Shown: piece after piece, positions 16,317-29,755 of the stretch | Layout: each line of letters starts with the position of its first letter | Numbering within the stretch: position 1 is the stretch's first letter | Source of the DNA: the human T2T-CHM13v2.0 reference genome, Homo sapiens | Assembly: GCF_009914755.1 (NCBI RefSeq) | Contig: NC_060938.1 | Length of the DNA: 64,000 bases | Reading direction: 5' to 3' (one strand) | Program-made: the position numbers and the translations under genes | Notes under the pieces: generated by a model | Seen by the model: only the letters and a program-made list of their open reading frames with translations | Database searches by the model: none | Told to the model about the DNA's origin: nothing

Positions 16317-17093
16317 TGCTATGGTTCAAATGCTTGCCCTCTCTGAAACTCATTGAAATGTAATGGCCCTTGGGACAGTATTAAGAAGTGGGACCTTTAA
16401 GAGATGTTTAGATCATGAGAGATTCACCCTCTTGAATGGTCTAATACAGTTACAGTTACTGTGGGATTAGATTTCCCTTTGTTTCTCTCAGACCTTCTGC
16501 CATGTGATGTGTTGTGTCATGTGACACTGGCATTTTGGATGCATCAGTCACGTTTCCCTTTGGTCTAATACACTCTCTAGCCTCCTGATCTGTGAGCCAA
16601 GTCAAGCTGAGAACTGCTTAGAGCAAACCTTCCTCCCATTCTATTCAAAGTCACCCCTCTTCTCACTGAGAACAGTGCATATCTGATTGCCTTCTTTGGA
16701 GAGGCTAATCAGGAACTCAAAAGAATGCAACCATTTTTCTCTTATCTACCTATGATCTGGAAGCCCCTTCCCATCTTCAAGTTGTCCCGCCTTTGCTTTG
16801 AATTGTCCTGTCTTTCCAAACTGAACCAGTGTTCATCTTACATACGTTGATTGATGTTTCATGTCTCCCTAAAATGCATAAAACCAAACTGTGCTCTGAC
16901 CACCTGGCACACCTGTCGTCAGGACTTCCTGAGGCTGTGTCACAAGCACATGTCCTCAATGTTGGCAAAATAAACTTTCTAAGTTAACTGAGACATGTCT
17001 CAGATATTCAGGGTCCACAAAATAAATTCCTGTTTATTATAAATTACCCAGTCTGTGATATTCTGTTATAGCACCATGAAACAAACTAAGACA
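16317..17093 (+). mobile_element. MST-like MaLR LTR split by MER4A1
   Basis: TGCTATGGTTCAAATG..CTGTGAGCCAA then, after the insert, AATAAATTCCTGTTTATTATAAATTACCCAGTCTG..ACTAAGACA. Confidence 0.8.
16599..17019 (+). mobile_element. MER4A1-like ERV1 LTR lacking its first ~50 bp
   Basis: AAGTCAAGCTGAGAACTGCTTAG..AAAATAAACTTTCT..GGGTCCACA; aligns to the copy at 50080-50530. Confidence 0.9.
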
Positions 17094-17739
17094 CCACATG
17101 CCATTTTTCATGCTTTTATGCATTAATTATCATTTCCTCTCCACATAGTAAGTTTCTAAGAGCAGGGGCTATGTCTTCCATAACTTTGTATACCCTTCAA
17201 ATTTATCAACATCAGTATCACAAATGCTATGCAACAATGAAGTCAAGAGGACAAATATTTACCAATTTGATTCCCCCAAATTCTACCACACAGATGTGAT
17301 CAGTTGACAGTTTCATGCATTAAAGATTTGGGTCTATAAATTTACTCTATGTCTCTGCTGATTGCCAATCCTACCTATTTTTTTCTATATAAATATCCCA
17401 CAATGATAGTGACAGTAGATGAAGGCAGATATACTCAATTCACAAGCTAAGAGTCCTGGTTAGATAAAATGTCAAGATAAACGCTCATAATAAAGTGAAA
17501 CCTAAGTCAGTGGATTCAATATTATATAATTATTTGTGTAGTTAATACTCAAAATCCCATATGCTTTCTCTCATTTAATTTCTATGTTAATCATGTTACA
17601 TCTAGAACTGCCATTATTTCAAATCATAATTTATTGAAGTCATTAAGTGATTAGAAACATAGAACTAGGGAATAAGAAGCAAACATGAGTGAGTTAAATC
17701 CACCTCAACTGTAACTTTTGCACATTTGAAAAACTTTGG

Positions 17740-18064
<325 letters not shown>

Positions 18065-18490
18065 TCATTGATTCAAAGTTGGAAAGGAAGTCTAGAACTC
18101 AAAAGACATCCAAGTCACCATCCAAGACATTTATAGTCCCAGTGTTAAAGTTGGTCACTTTATTTGTTTAACAAAAAAAAGCCACTAGAAAATAGTCATG
18201 CTTATCTAAAAATGCCTCTGGGCTCAAGATTTCTTTTTATCGACTTCCTCCCTTCTTTCCCCTTCCAGATAGTATCTAAACTACACCAACTTGTGATATG
18301 ACTCAATATATTCAACCTGCTCCTGCTCAAGCTGGCTATATGTGCAGCAATAAGAAGAAAATGATGTTGCCAACAGTCATTAAATTGCTTATAAATACCA
18401 TCAGGATTCAGTTAATAGAATACACAATTTTATTAATGTCATATATCTATGATCTTTCAATAAATTATAAAAGTCAGCTACCTGACATTG

Positions 18491-18970
18491 TATGGTATGA
18501 TGCACACATGGATAACCCTAGTATGGCCTTTCTGTAACCACAGCTGTTGCCCTGTAATTTTGTAGTCCCCTCTCACTTTGACTCAACCATATGACTTGCT
18601 TTGGCCAATAGGATGTTAGCTGACTTGACAACCAACAGAGGCTTGAAAAATCTCTTGCACATTTATACTTCTATTTCTTGCTTCTCTGCAATCACTATTA
18701 GAAAAAGTTTAAGCTAAACTGAGAACAAGACTGAGCTAGCCTGCTGGATGATGAAAAAACATAGGGAACACAGGCAAATTTTCTCAGCCAAAGACTCAGA
18801 TGTGTATGAAAACACAGCCAAAATCAGCAACACTGTTTAGTGAATCACCTAGCTGATTGTAGAAAATAGGTCAGCTGAGCTGGTCCTTAAGATGATGAGA
18901 AATAATAAAGACCTGTTCATTTAAGCCACTAGATTTTTTGGAGAGTTAGTAGTAACAGCTAAATGATATA
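18491..18970 (+). mobile_element. MLT1H-like MaLR LTR
   Basis: CATATGACTTGCTTTGGCCAATAGGATGTTAGC..AGAGGCTTGAAAA..AATAATAAA..TTTAAGCCACTA. Confidence 0.75.
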
Positions 18971-19010
18971 CATGGAAGATTATTTTATTAAGAGTACTTA
19001 AAGTATACCA

Positions 19011-19366
<356 letters not shown>

Positions 19367-19929
19367 CTATCAAACTGCATATATTTTGGTATAAAACTTA
19401 AAAATGCCAGTGTACCTAAAGGTTTGTGAGGAGTTGTAAAGTATTAAAAAACAGACTGATTACTCTAAATTGTAGCAATCAAAAAAGTACATATGGATTG
19501 GATTTACAAGTCAAGTCAGCAAATAATAATTTCATTATTATATCGCTTCTTGTGAAACAATAACAGCATCAGAATAGATTTTTATATTCAATTAGCAACA
19601 TAAAAATAATTTATGTTCATTCTCTGCAGATACATGATTTTGCATAATTATTTCAACCTTCATAATAGAAATTATAAAACCTTGACTGTTCTCTTTTAAA
19701 ATCTCTTTAGCTCCTGCCTTCTACTGAAAACAGTTATTGGCATTTTCTCCCTCTGGTTTTAACCCAAGTTGAAAATGAATACTTAATTATTCTTCTACAG
19801 ATTCTATGTCCTGTGGCCGAATGCAAATATGGCATCAGATTTCTCATAAAAAATTTTAGCCACACCTGGCAAAACTCTGTTTAGCCTAAGTTACTTCCTG
19901 ATTATACATTTACAGAAGAGGACAAAGTA

Positions 19930-20240
19930 CAGAACCTGACTTCAAGCCTTGATGAAGTCAAGGCCTAGCTGCATGACCTTGCACAATTAACTTCTTTCTG
20001 TTTGACTCTGTTTACTCATCAGTGAGATGAGAGTGCAAAAACAATCTTTCATCTCTGTGACTTTAGAAAGCAGAATGCAGATTTAAGAGTATAGGACTTA
20101 GAGACAGGCAGGCTCTATCCAAGCTCAGCCACTTACCATGTGGCCTTGAACTCTTTAATCCATGAGCTTCCACTTTCTCATTTGTAAAATCAAATCAACA
20201 CATTTTAAAGGGCTCTGGAATGGATTACATGGATTAAAAT
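19930..20240 (+). mobile_element. Two MIR fragments
   Basis: CTAGCTGCATGACCTTG..CTCTGTTTACTCATC and CCACTTACCATGTGGCCTTG..TTTCTCATTTGTAAAAT cores. Confidence 0.6.
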
Positions 20241-21249
20241 ACTCTTCTCTGTTGTAAACCTTGGGTCTTCAAGAAGAACCTCAATAAATAGCAACTCTCT
20301 TCTCTACCAGGTTCTGAATGTTTTAAGCAATAAGGCAAAAAGTAGATAAGGAAGCCAAAATATCCTTAACATCAGTGGAGAAAAGGTACCTTTAAGCACG
20401 AGCCAATGGGTCTCCTAAGGAAAGGCAAATTTTATCCACCAATCAGGCAGAGCAGGAGCAAAATGGTAGTTAGCAAATGAGAGCCCAGGTAACATTTGGC
20501 ACAAGGCATAACAGATGGAAACTCACAATTTTGAGGAATAAACTTGCTCCCAAGAGAAATCAAGGGCAGAACTGGGCCAAACAATTGGACTTTGCAAATC
20601 ACCAATTAGAGGTCACTTTACCTTTCTTTGGGCAGAATGAGGGCAACGGTAGAGGCCAATGATGATAATGATTGAGCTCTCTTTCCAGAAAGAAAACTTT
20701 AGAATGGAGAAGAAGTAAGGCCAGCTAATAATAAGCCCTTAATATCCAGTAGTTATTGTGATTATTTTTCAAAATATTACATTTGCTCTTTTAGATCACT
20801 AGAATTTGTTTGGATCTCTTTGCTCTGCAGTAACTTTCACTTACATTCAGAGAGATCAGTTGAGATTTCCACAATTAATGCCTATCATGCTGAATTGTTT
20901 TCCTGAACATACTTTTATCCAGAACACTTGGTAAAATTCTACCCAAGGTACTAAAGGTTACCTAACGTTATTCTTATATTTTTAAATTCTAATTAGAAAA
21001 GCATTAATGATGAACATATCGTGATAGGGATTGTATATTAATGTATCTCAAACATCTGTAATAAATATAGAATGAAAGGCCAAGATTTGGGAATAATAGT
21101 GAAATGTGGCTAAGATTGATGGATCTATACAGATTAAATAAAATTTTACCAAAATTTTATTTTGGTAACATATACAAGAATATGTATATGTTACCAAGCC
21201 TTCCACAGATTTTACATTTTCTGAGACATGTAAAAATTCACAAAAATAA

Positions 21250-21542
21250 TTTTTTTTTTTGAGAAGGAGTCTCACTCTGTTGCCCAGGCTGGAGTGCAGT
21301 GGTGCGGGATCTTGGCTCACTGCAACCTCCTCCTCTAGGGTTCAAGCAATTCTCCTGCCTCAGCCTCCTGAGTAGTTTGGATTACAGGTGCATGCCACCA
21401 CACCCAGCTAATTTTTGTATTTTTAGTAAAGAAAGGGTTTCATCATGTTGGTCAGGCTGGTCTTGAACTCCTGACCTCATGATCCACCCACCTCGACCTC
21501 CCAAAGTGCTGGGATTACAGGCATGAGCCACTGTGCCCAGCC
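21250..21542 (-). mobile_element. Alu (AluSg-like)
   Basis: Poly(T) then GAGAAGGAGTCTCACTC..GCCCAGCC; CTGACCTCATGATCC 2-bp-deletion diagnostic; flanks share AAAAATAA. Confidence 0.96.
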
Positions 21543-22370
21543 AAAAAATAAATTCTTACATTCGCAAAAACAGAGCATTTGGGATTAGCATCAGTCAGAG
21601 CAAAAAAGTAAAATCAATTTGTCCAAGAAGCATACTGAATTTTCTGCATATTTCCTATACATAAAATTCCACCTAAAGGCTTGTATTGATAGCTATTGTC
21701 ATGATTGTAGAATATATCTCACATTTGACCCCAACTCTCTCACTCTCTTAGTTTCATATTCTGTGAAGTTAAGTAACATTTTGCCTTCCTAACACAACAT
21801 GTTATCAGATTACAATAAGACATAAGTAAAGAAGTGCTTTCAAATAATGTCAATACTAACAAATTCTAAGTCACTTTTAGGTAGGTTTTTAATCTTTCTC
21901 TGAACTTCAGTCTCAAGTTTCCTGTGTTCTACACTGACTTTTCTACATTATCACTACTTAGGTGGGTGATGTAAAGACAGCCTTACAAATTCACACAGAA
22001 TATCATAGGAAAACTACATAATGTGAATATTGATGGAGAATCCACATGGAACCAATTAGGAAGAAAGGAGCATATTAAAAAATAGTGTTACCTTATTCAC
22101 TGGGCATGCTTAAGTTGAGAGGTTGATGGAGTGGGGAGAAGAGTTTCTGATTCGATTCCCTTAACATTGACAATGTAAATATTGCCAACTCTACTGATAC
22201 TGGTAGAGAGAGGCTAAGTTTACCAGCCTTTAATATCCAGGTGAGTTTCCTTCTAGGGAGACCCTCTTAAGAATAAAGACAATCTGGCTGCCCTGTTTGT
22301 GTATTCAATTAACCTGTCAAATCTTAGAATCCTATTCTAAGAATGTGAATAATTCAAGTTAAAAGAGAAT

Positions 22371-22579
22371 TGATTCTACATATAACTGATATCACACAGT
22401 ATTTGTTGTTCTGTGTCTGGTTTATTTCTCTTAACATAATACACTTCAAGTTCATCCATGTTGTTGCAAATGGCAGGATTTCCTTCCTTTTAAAGATTGA
22501 AATAAGATTTTGTTGTATATATTTACCACCTGTTCTTTATCCATGTAACCATACAGGGACATTAGTTGTTTCCATTATG
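22371..22579 (-). mobile_element. Old L1 (L1MA/MB) ORF2-end fragment, antisense
   Basis: TTCAAGTTCATCCATGTTGTTGCAAATGGCAGGATTTCCTTC is antisense L1M ORF2 end. Confidence 0.85.
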
Positions 22580-22593
22580 TCGTGTTCTTATCA

Positions 22594-22649
<56 letters not shown>

Positions 22650-22850
22650 CAACAATAAACTCCAAAAATAAGTTTCTAGGAGGAAGCTTTCGGAGGTGAT
22701 GAATAAATTTATGGCATTGATAGGGATGATGATCTGATAGTTTCACAGGTGTATAAATATATCCAAACACAGCAAGTGGTACACATAAAATATCTACAGG
22801 TTCTTAATGCCAATCATACCTTAATAATGTGATTTTTTAAACTTTTTTTT
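22580..22850 (+). mobile_element. Old L1 (L1MA/MB) 3'UTR end, sense
   Basis: TGTTCTTATCAC..GGAGGTGATGAATAAATTTATGGCATTGAT..TTTCACAGGTGTATA..CAATCATACCTTAATAA. Confidence 0.8.
22597..22644. repeat. (AC)24 microsatellite
   Basis: Perfect AC repeat inside the L1 3'UTR. Confidence 0.97.
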
Positions 22851-24214
22851 TAAGAGAAAGAATTTAATTGTCACAAGAATTATTTTAGCAGGAATAAGCT
22901 GGGCATTCTAGTCCCAAGAACATCATCATCCCTGGCACAGAAAGTAGGGGGCAGGAAAAATAAAGATCTTTCTTCTCCACTCTACGTTAAAGCTACAAAG
23001 ATGCTTTCTGATAGGAGGACATGCTGTTATTTTGTTTTAAGGTCTTCTGTAGAATGGTGTCATTTAGTTCAGCTTTTAATGTGGCCTTAAATTGCTGTTT
23101 TATTACCCTTGTTGACATTCTGGAAGCATGAAATTAGCAAATCACATTAAAGAAGCAAACAAAAAAAGCAAGAAACCTCAGCCTAGTTAAACAATGCCAG
23201 CATAAGCCACATACTTGAATAATATTCTTACCTTAAAACACCGAGCATATATTTATTTGGACTTTTTCATTTTTCATAACTGATGAACTCATTTTATGAA
23301 TAATTGCATATTCCATTACATTGCAAATGCATGCACCCATGGTGACCTTGAACAATGCTTTGCAGTTGTATTGCCTAAGAGAAAGAAGATTGTTTTGTAA
23401 TACTTCTGCTTCCCTTTGAGAAATAAGATTCCTTTTGACTCCACTTGATGAAAGAAAGCATCCTGTTCCTAACACAACACTTGTCAATATCTTTGCTGCT
23501 TCATCTAGTACAGCACTTCCTTCTGTTATATTATAACAGTGATAATTTTATTTCAGACAAAAGTAATTTCATGGTTACAAAGTGAAAAGTATTTCAGTCA
23601 AGATATCTTTATTCTGTGTGCTAACTCAAAATGTACATAATTATGTATTTTTGAAATCAAACTAAAAGTAGTTATGTAAAATAAATTAGTGTGTTTACCT
23701 TCTCTCATTAAATAAGGAAGACAATCTCAAATATTCATTTCAGTGAAGTGTGATGAAGGGCAGACTTTTTATAGCATGGCTTTTTATTTTTGGCTTTCTG
23801 ACATCCATTTCCCCTTTCTAGCAGTGCCCTAATTTCAAAATAAGAAATTAGCTCTTCTTCGTTGGTATTGGGCTGATGGATTGTAATCGGAAGTTCTTTC
23901 TCCACAAACGCAAATTGGGCTAATCTGATGATCCTGTCATTCACTTGGAATGTTGAGCAAAAGATCAAAAGGACTGAAAATTCTTGGAGTTTCTGTTACA
24001 ACAAGTGGCATCGGTGTTCTACATAATGCAAGAATGAGCTTGCTGGGCTTGACTCTGTTTGCCACATGGGACAGGCTGCTTCATCATTCTGCCTTAGTTT
24101 CCTCATTTATAAATGGAAAAAACAATAACAGATAACTCATAGTGATGATTTTAAAAAACTAACAGATGCAAAACAATTAGTAGTTGCTCGGTGTTGGCTA
24201 TTAATTTTGCACAT

Positions 24215-24438
24215 TCCAGCAGTTGTAACCTACCGTTTTGCTTTCCAACGGCACAATTTTTTTACAGCTGCAGCTTCCAGTCTTCAGCTCTGCTTTGGTA
24301 TCTCCTCATTTCCAAGTTGACTTTCTGTTTTCAGTTGATTCTGTGAACCTCCTTTGATATTGTAATAAATTATATGTTGTCTGACTTTTTCAGAGTCATT
24401 TTCTGATGCCTATAACCGAGGAACTTTTTCTGATATAT
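24215..24438 (+). mobile_element. ERVL-class LTR 3' part (LTR33/LTR16-like)
   Basis: AATAAATT..CAGAGTCATTTTCTGATGCCTATAACCGAGGAAC..CTGATA 3' signature. Confidence 0.45.
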
Positions 24439-25969
24439 GCACCTATTGATATGGTGTACTTTTTGGACAACTCTAGAATACAAGATAAAGTTCTTAATAA
24501 AAAAAAATCAAACTGTAGAAATTCACAGATAAAGAGAGTAAACTTTAACCACTAACAATGAGACAAAAATGACCTCCAAATAGTAAAAGTTTGAAAATGT
24601 TTCTTTGGCTTTAAGTTCTCTGCAAAATGACTCAATTAATTATCAACTGTGGCCAGCAATGTAGCGTGTTTCTTCTTCAACAAGTAAATCTAGGTCCTGA
24701 GATATATAATATTACTAGGAACTCTCCTGGGAATAGTAATGCAATTAAGGTCATAATTAAAGCATTCTTTCATCTTTTGGGTCCAACGCGTAAAGCAGGA
24801 AACAAAGACTTTAATGAGAACCCAGAGGAAAAGAGCAAATTATTAAAAGAATGAGGGAATAGTTACATAAGAAAAGACTAGAAGAATTAAAAATTTTCAG
24901 AGCAGCGAAGTAAGGTCCTGTTAAATCCTGGTTTTAAATGCATATTCAAGAATCTTTTACGAAAGGTGTTTCATTTCTCTTCCAGATCTATATTAAGTAA
25001 TTTTACTTGTGAAATATAGGTTAGACAGTAGGAATATGTTATCAACTTGAGTTTTATGGGAAACAGAAGCATAGAATCAAAGCTAGTTTGAAAATGGATT
25101 TAGTGTCATTTTAGTGCTTCCAGAATTTCTTGTGGTGAAGAAGTGACATAGCTTGGCCCAGAGTAACCTGAGGCTCATAGCTATCTTATTCATTCATAGG
25201 AGTGGAAGAATAGATTAAGGTCTTCCTTTGTCCACATCAAATCATTATTATTCAAGTGCCTCTACCAGAAGCTTCAAGGCATCTTTTCTCACCAGTGCCA
25301 AGTTCAGGCTTGACAAGAGAAACTTGAGAGGGTTTCAGGTGCTTGTTAGCCTCGTCGTGGTTTGGGCCAGAAAGTGGGCAGAAGAGCTTTTCAACTGAAA
25401 GTCCACTTAACTAGCAGTTTGAACCAAAATAACATTTGGTGACATTTTGAACAAAAATACACAGGGCCACAGATTTCAATTCTCATAATCACCCTAAGCA
25501 ACAACAGTTTTAGGGCAGATGACAGTTTTTGGCTTGTTTTAATCTAGAATCATTCCATCTTCTCTTTCCATTGGTAACTTTTCATTCCATAACAAAATTG
25601 TTCATTTTTGTTTCTAAAGGAAATATAGCATTTTGACAGATTTGTACTGATGGTAAAAACTGATAAGAATAGAAGAGTGTGGGTTCCAATCCACAACTTA
25701 CTACACTACACAGTTCTTATGACTTTAGGAATGATCTGAGATGTTGGTTTCAGCCACATCCTCTGAAACATGGGAGCTGTAATGAGGGCTTCCTCTCTGA
25801 CCTTGATTACCAGGATACAGAGGTTACCAGATTGTCTAGACTGTCCTCTACAGCACCCAAAATATCACAGTTAAGTAGGATTTGATGATAAAGATATGAT
25901 CCTTATTTTTGCTAATGGAATAAAAATATAAAATTATATAAAGTCCATAATAAAGACACAAATTTTAAG

Positions 25970-26210
25970 CAAGTATTTATACAGGACTAGTCTATGCCAG
26001 CCATTCTTCCAGTCACCTTAAATGTTTAAACTAGTTTAATCAACATAAGTATCTACAGGGCAGGTACTTACATTATTACATACATTTTACAAATAAGAAC
26101 ACTGAGGCCCAGAATGATTAACTAAGTTGCATAACCAGTATGAGATAGAGTCAAATTTGGACCAAAGAATTCTGGCTATAGAGTCTGTATTCATAATCGC
26201 TGTACCTTCT
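25970..26210 (-). mobile_element. MIR
   Basis: CATTTTACAAATAAGAACACTGAGGCCCAGA..TTAACTAAGTTGC antisense core. Confidence 0.8.
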
Positions 26211-27459
26211 GCTTAACTGGAACATTCCCACAGGTAGTAAAACTAGCAAAATGGGAAGTTAATTCAGTAAAGGTAGTGAAGCTCTGACCTAATACACACT
26301 TTTTCTAGACAACTTCTTAAAATTTCTTCCAGACCATGATTTTGTGATGCTCTACACTGATGAAAAAAGATGCTAAAATGCTAGGATGGGTGGCGAATAT
26401 GAGCAAAAATCATGTCCATTAAGTCCTTGAGGGCTTTTCCATCCAGTTCCAGGTGTTCACAGAGCTGTTTATACTTTTTTTCCTGGGAAAATAACAAAGT
26501 CAAGATGGTCTGATACTGATAGTTGAGTATTCAAATTCTCAAGTTGCAAATGACAAAACTCTTCTTTTGGGGAGTCTTTTGCAGCTATTGACATCCAAAC
26601 CAAAATTCTAGGTTGCCCACCAAATCTTATTTCAAGGCAAACCATTGTATAGTGGGATGCAGAAAGCAACCAAAGAAAAAAAAGAAAAAGCAAGATAAGT
26701 CTACTGGAATATGTGTATTTCTAATTCCAGAGTGTAGTCAATGACAGTGAGGGAAAATAATAGGATTGCATAAAATCCAACTGTAGGTGTAAATCGCAAC
26801 GCATTCTTGAGGTGTCTTTCCAATTCTTAACTGCTAATACCTTGAAAAACAAAAAACGAATACCAAGTCCCATTTTGTAAAGTCATTCTGTGATACCTTG
26901 CTAAGAAAGGCCAAGAAAGGACAAACTAGGCTATAAATATTGGCTTCTGAAAAGTTCCTTTATACCAGAAGAATGAATAGCATTACTTAACCAATAGGGT
27001 TGTTTCTACAAACATATTTAGATCACTTTTTGAGCCAGGTACTATACACCCCAGTGAACTTCACTCAGAAATTTAGGGGAGCAAGTGTTTGAGATGTATG
27101 GTCCCACTCACACTATGGATATAGAGGACACTCACGACATGTGGTCATCCATTTGTTTTTACTTTCAACAAATATTGATGAAATATCAATTCCATGTTAA
27201 GCACTGTGCTAAAAGAAGAAATTTATCAGAAAGCACAAAACAACTCAGTCTTAAGTGGAGGAGATGGGTATTTTAAACAATAAAATTTAATTTAAAATTT
27301 TTTTTAAATATTAAAAAGTGCTGTTCTACGTTGAAAGTAATTGGTAAGGGTGATAGAAAACAGGGAAGGTTTTTATGAGCAAACAACAACTGTCTATTTC
27401 TGAATATTTTCTGGCTCAGAGATATCTCAACCTTCCAAGTAAATAAGCAATGCAATTTC

Positions 27460-27650
27460 ATGAAACGAATACTAGCATTAAAATTAGACAGGAGTTAAAA
27501 TAAACTTTCAATTGGACAAGTTCTTTCATCTTCTTGACCTTCAGTTCTCTAGTCAGTAAAATGGAATTGACACTGTCTTAAAGGGTTGTTTACAGAAGTA
27601 CAATAATGTCAAGTGTGTGGCACATAGTAAGAATTCAATGAATTATAGAA
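27460..27650 (+). mobile_element. MIR
   Basis: TTGGACAAGTT..CTTCAGTTCTCTAGTCAGTAAAATGG..TGGCACATAGTAAG. Confidence 0.7.
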
Positions 27651-28023
27651 TTATATTTGGTATTGTGTTTATTTCTGCCAATGGTAGCCATAAATAGTCG
27701 TGTTTGTTGAGTCTCAGTCTATGTGACTCTTTAGGAATGTAAAAATAAAATATTTAAGCTAATATATAAATTTATACTGGAGCTTATAAATTTGTATAAT
27801 ATACAAATTTACATTCCCTGCCAAATTAGGAGATATGCAAATATGGAAGCTATCATTGGTGTATTTTGTTCTCTGTCAAATATAAAATAAAGTCAAGAAG
27901 ACTGGCAGTTTCATTGGGAAGTAAGAAGACAAAGTAAGTAACTCTGATTTCAATGCTTTTGAAATTAGAGGTCCTGTGTTAATTGTCTGTGAAAGTGTGG
28001 ACATGAAAGATAACGTGGCTGTC

Positions 28024-28360
28024 CATAAAAAAGGATGAGTTCGTATCCTTTGCAGGGACATGGATGAAGCCTGAAACCATCATTCTCAGCAAACTAACAC
28101 AAGAACAGAAAACCAAACAGGGCATGTGGAGCTGAACAATGAGAACACATGGACACAGGGAGGGGAACATCATACATTAGGCCCTATTGGGGGCTGGGGA
28201 GCTAGGAGAGGGATAGCATTAGGAAAAATACCTAAAAATACCCAATGTAGATGACGAGTTGATGGGTTCAGCAAACCACCATTGCACGTGTATACCTATG
28301 TAACAAACCTGCAGGTTTTGCACATGTATCCCAGAACTTAAAGAATAAAAAAAAAAAAAA
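28024..28360 (+). mobile_element. 5'-truncated L1 3' end, L1PA7/8-like
   Basis: CATAAAAAAGGATGAGTTC..AAACTAACACAAGAACAG..GTATCCCAGAACTTAAAG, AATAAA and A-tail to 28360. Confidence 0.95.
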
Positions 28361-28568
28361 TTAAAGCAATCACATGCCTATCCAAGTATATACCATTCTA
28401 TGACTTTCTGAAAAGGAAAAAAAAAAACCCTTAAAAATTAAATATTTAATCCTTTAATTTTATAAATGAAGCTATAATAATGAAGTCTCATACAGATGCT
28501 AACCTAATCCATCTTGGAAAAAGGTATCTGTGATTATTAATAATACAATGGACTTCTAAAAAAAAAAA
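28361..28568 (+). other. 3'-transduced flank (~197 bp) plus second poly(A) carried by the L1
   Basis: Lies between the L1 tail and A11 (28558-28568); whole unit flanked by GAAAGATAA(C/T)GTGGCTGTC at 28005-28023 and 28569-28587. Confidence 0.88.
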
Positions 28569-29169
28569 GAAAGATAATGTGGCTGTCATCATATGAGTCT
28601 CCATGTGATTTCTTGAACAATTTCATCTAAATACAACATTTCAATCAAGTCTCATGCATTGATCTGTGCATAATAGAATCCATCACAGCTATTTTCTTCT
28701 TGAAAACTTCCATCAGAGAAAGAAATTTAGGAAACTTCTCTGGCTGAGCGTCATTCAAAGATGAAAATTAGTGTTTTTTGTTTTGTTTTGTTTAAAAAAG
28801 GATTCAGTATTTTTAAGAAAGAATCGGTAAGTTGATCTAATCAATTTTTTACTCTTAGAGTTTAGAAATAAACTAGATGGAATAAAAGCAGAATTTCAAG
28901 AGTTTTGAATTGGATGGAAATAGGAGCTTCTTACTGTCTGTTTCCCATTCCTGTATAGGGACAGAAACCCAGGGACCTGATTGTAAGTAATCTGGCAACT
29001 TGGGCTGGGCCATGAAGCTAGAGTTACTCTGGGGCCAATATTGTTTTTTGTTTGTTTTTGTTTGTTTTTTGTGTTGTTTTTTTTTTTAAAAGGAATCTGG
29101 GAGCAATTATTAAAGACTGAGTTCTGAAAATTCCTACTTCTCACAGGAAGTCTAAAGGGAATTTGTTAA

Positions 29170-29339
29170 ATTGAGATCCATGTTAGCCTGCTTCAAAATT
29201 GCCCACAGAGCTTTGTAAAAATTACCAATTTTCACTGAAGAACTGTGGAATTAGATTATCTGTGGATTGGTCTTCAGAGATCTGCTTTTCTAAGAAGTTC
29301 CCAGGTCATTTTTATGCTGCAAAAGTATGAGTAACACTA
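29170..29339 (+). mobile_element. MER5-like DNA transposon relic
   Basis: ATCTGCTTTTCTAAGAAGTTCCCAGGTCATTTTTATGC..AAAAGTATGAGTAACACT. Confidence 0.55.
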
Positions 29340-29755
29340 GGTAGATAACCTGGGGCTGGGTTACTATACTCATCCTGTACAATAAAACATGGCACAAGGA
29401 TCATGGAGGGCATGTGTACATGGAGGTTTGAAGCAGATTTTAGAAAGGAGAGATTGGGTAGATTTTCCTGAATGCAAAAGCAAGCAGGCTCTTTAGAAAT
29501 TGATATTGTTCTACTGTCATGGTCACACCTGGCAATGACACCAGTAATCTATGAAATGTTACTCAACTAAGAGGTATTTCTCTATCTTGCATGTTAAATT
29601 TTTTTCCAAGCAAGATGCTGTGGAGTAAGTCATTTCAGTGATTTTTCCATACGAATGTGTATTTGTTTTAAAAGTCTGGTTTAGAAATAAATATACTTGT
29701 AACTAAATTTTATATCTGGCATATTTACTAACCTAAATAATGTTTCTATCACAAA

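Noticed and set aside
28716-28832. Strong donor TCG|GTAAGT (also ATG|GTAAGT at 2460)
   Set aside because: No convincing upstream acceptor at exon distance
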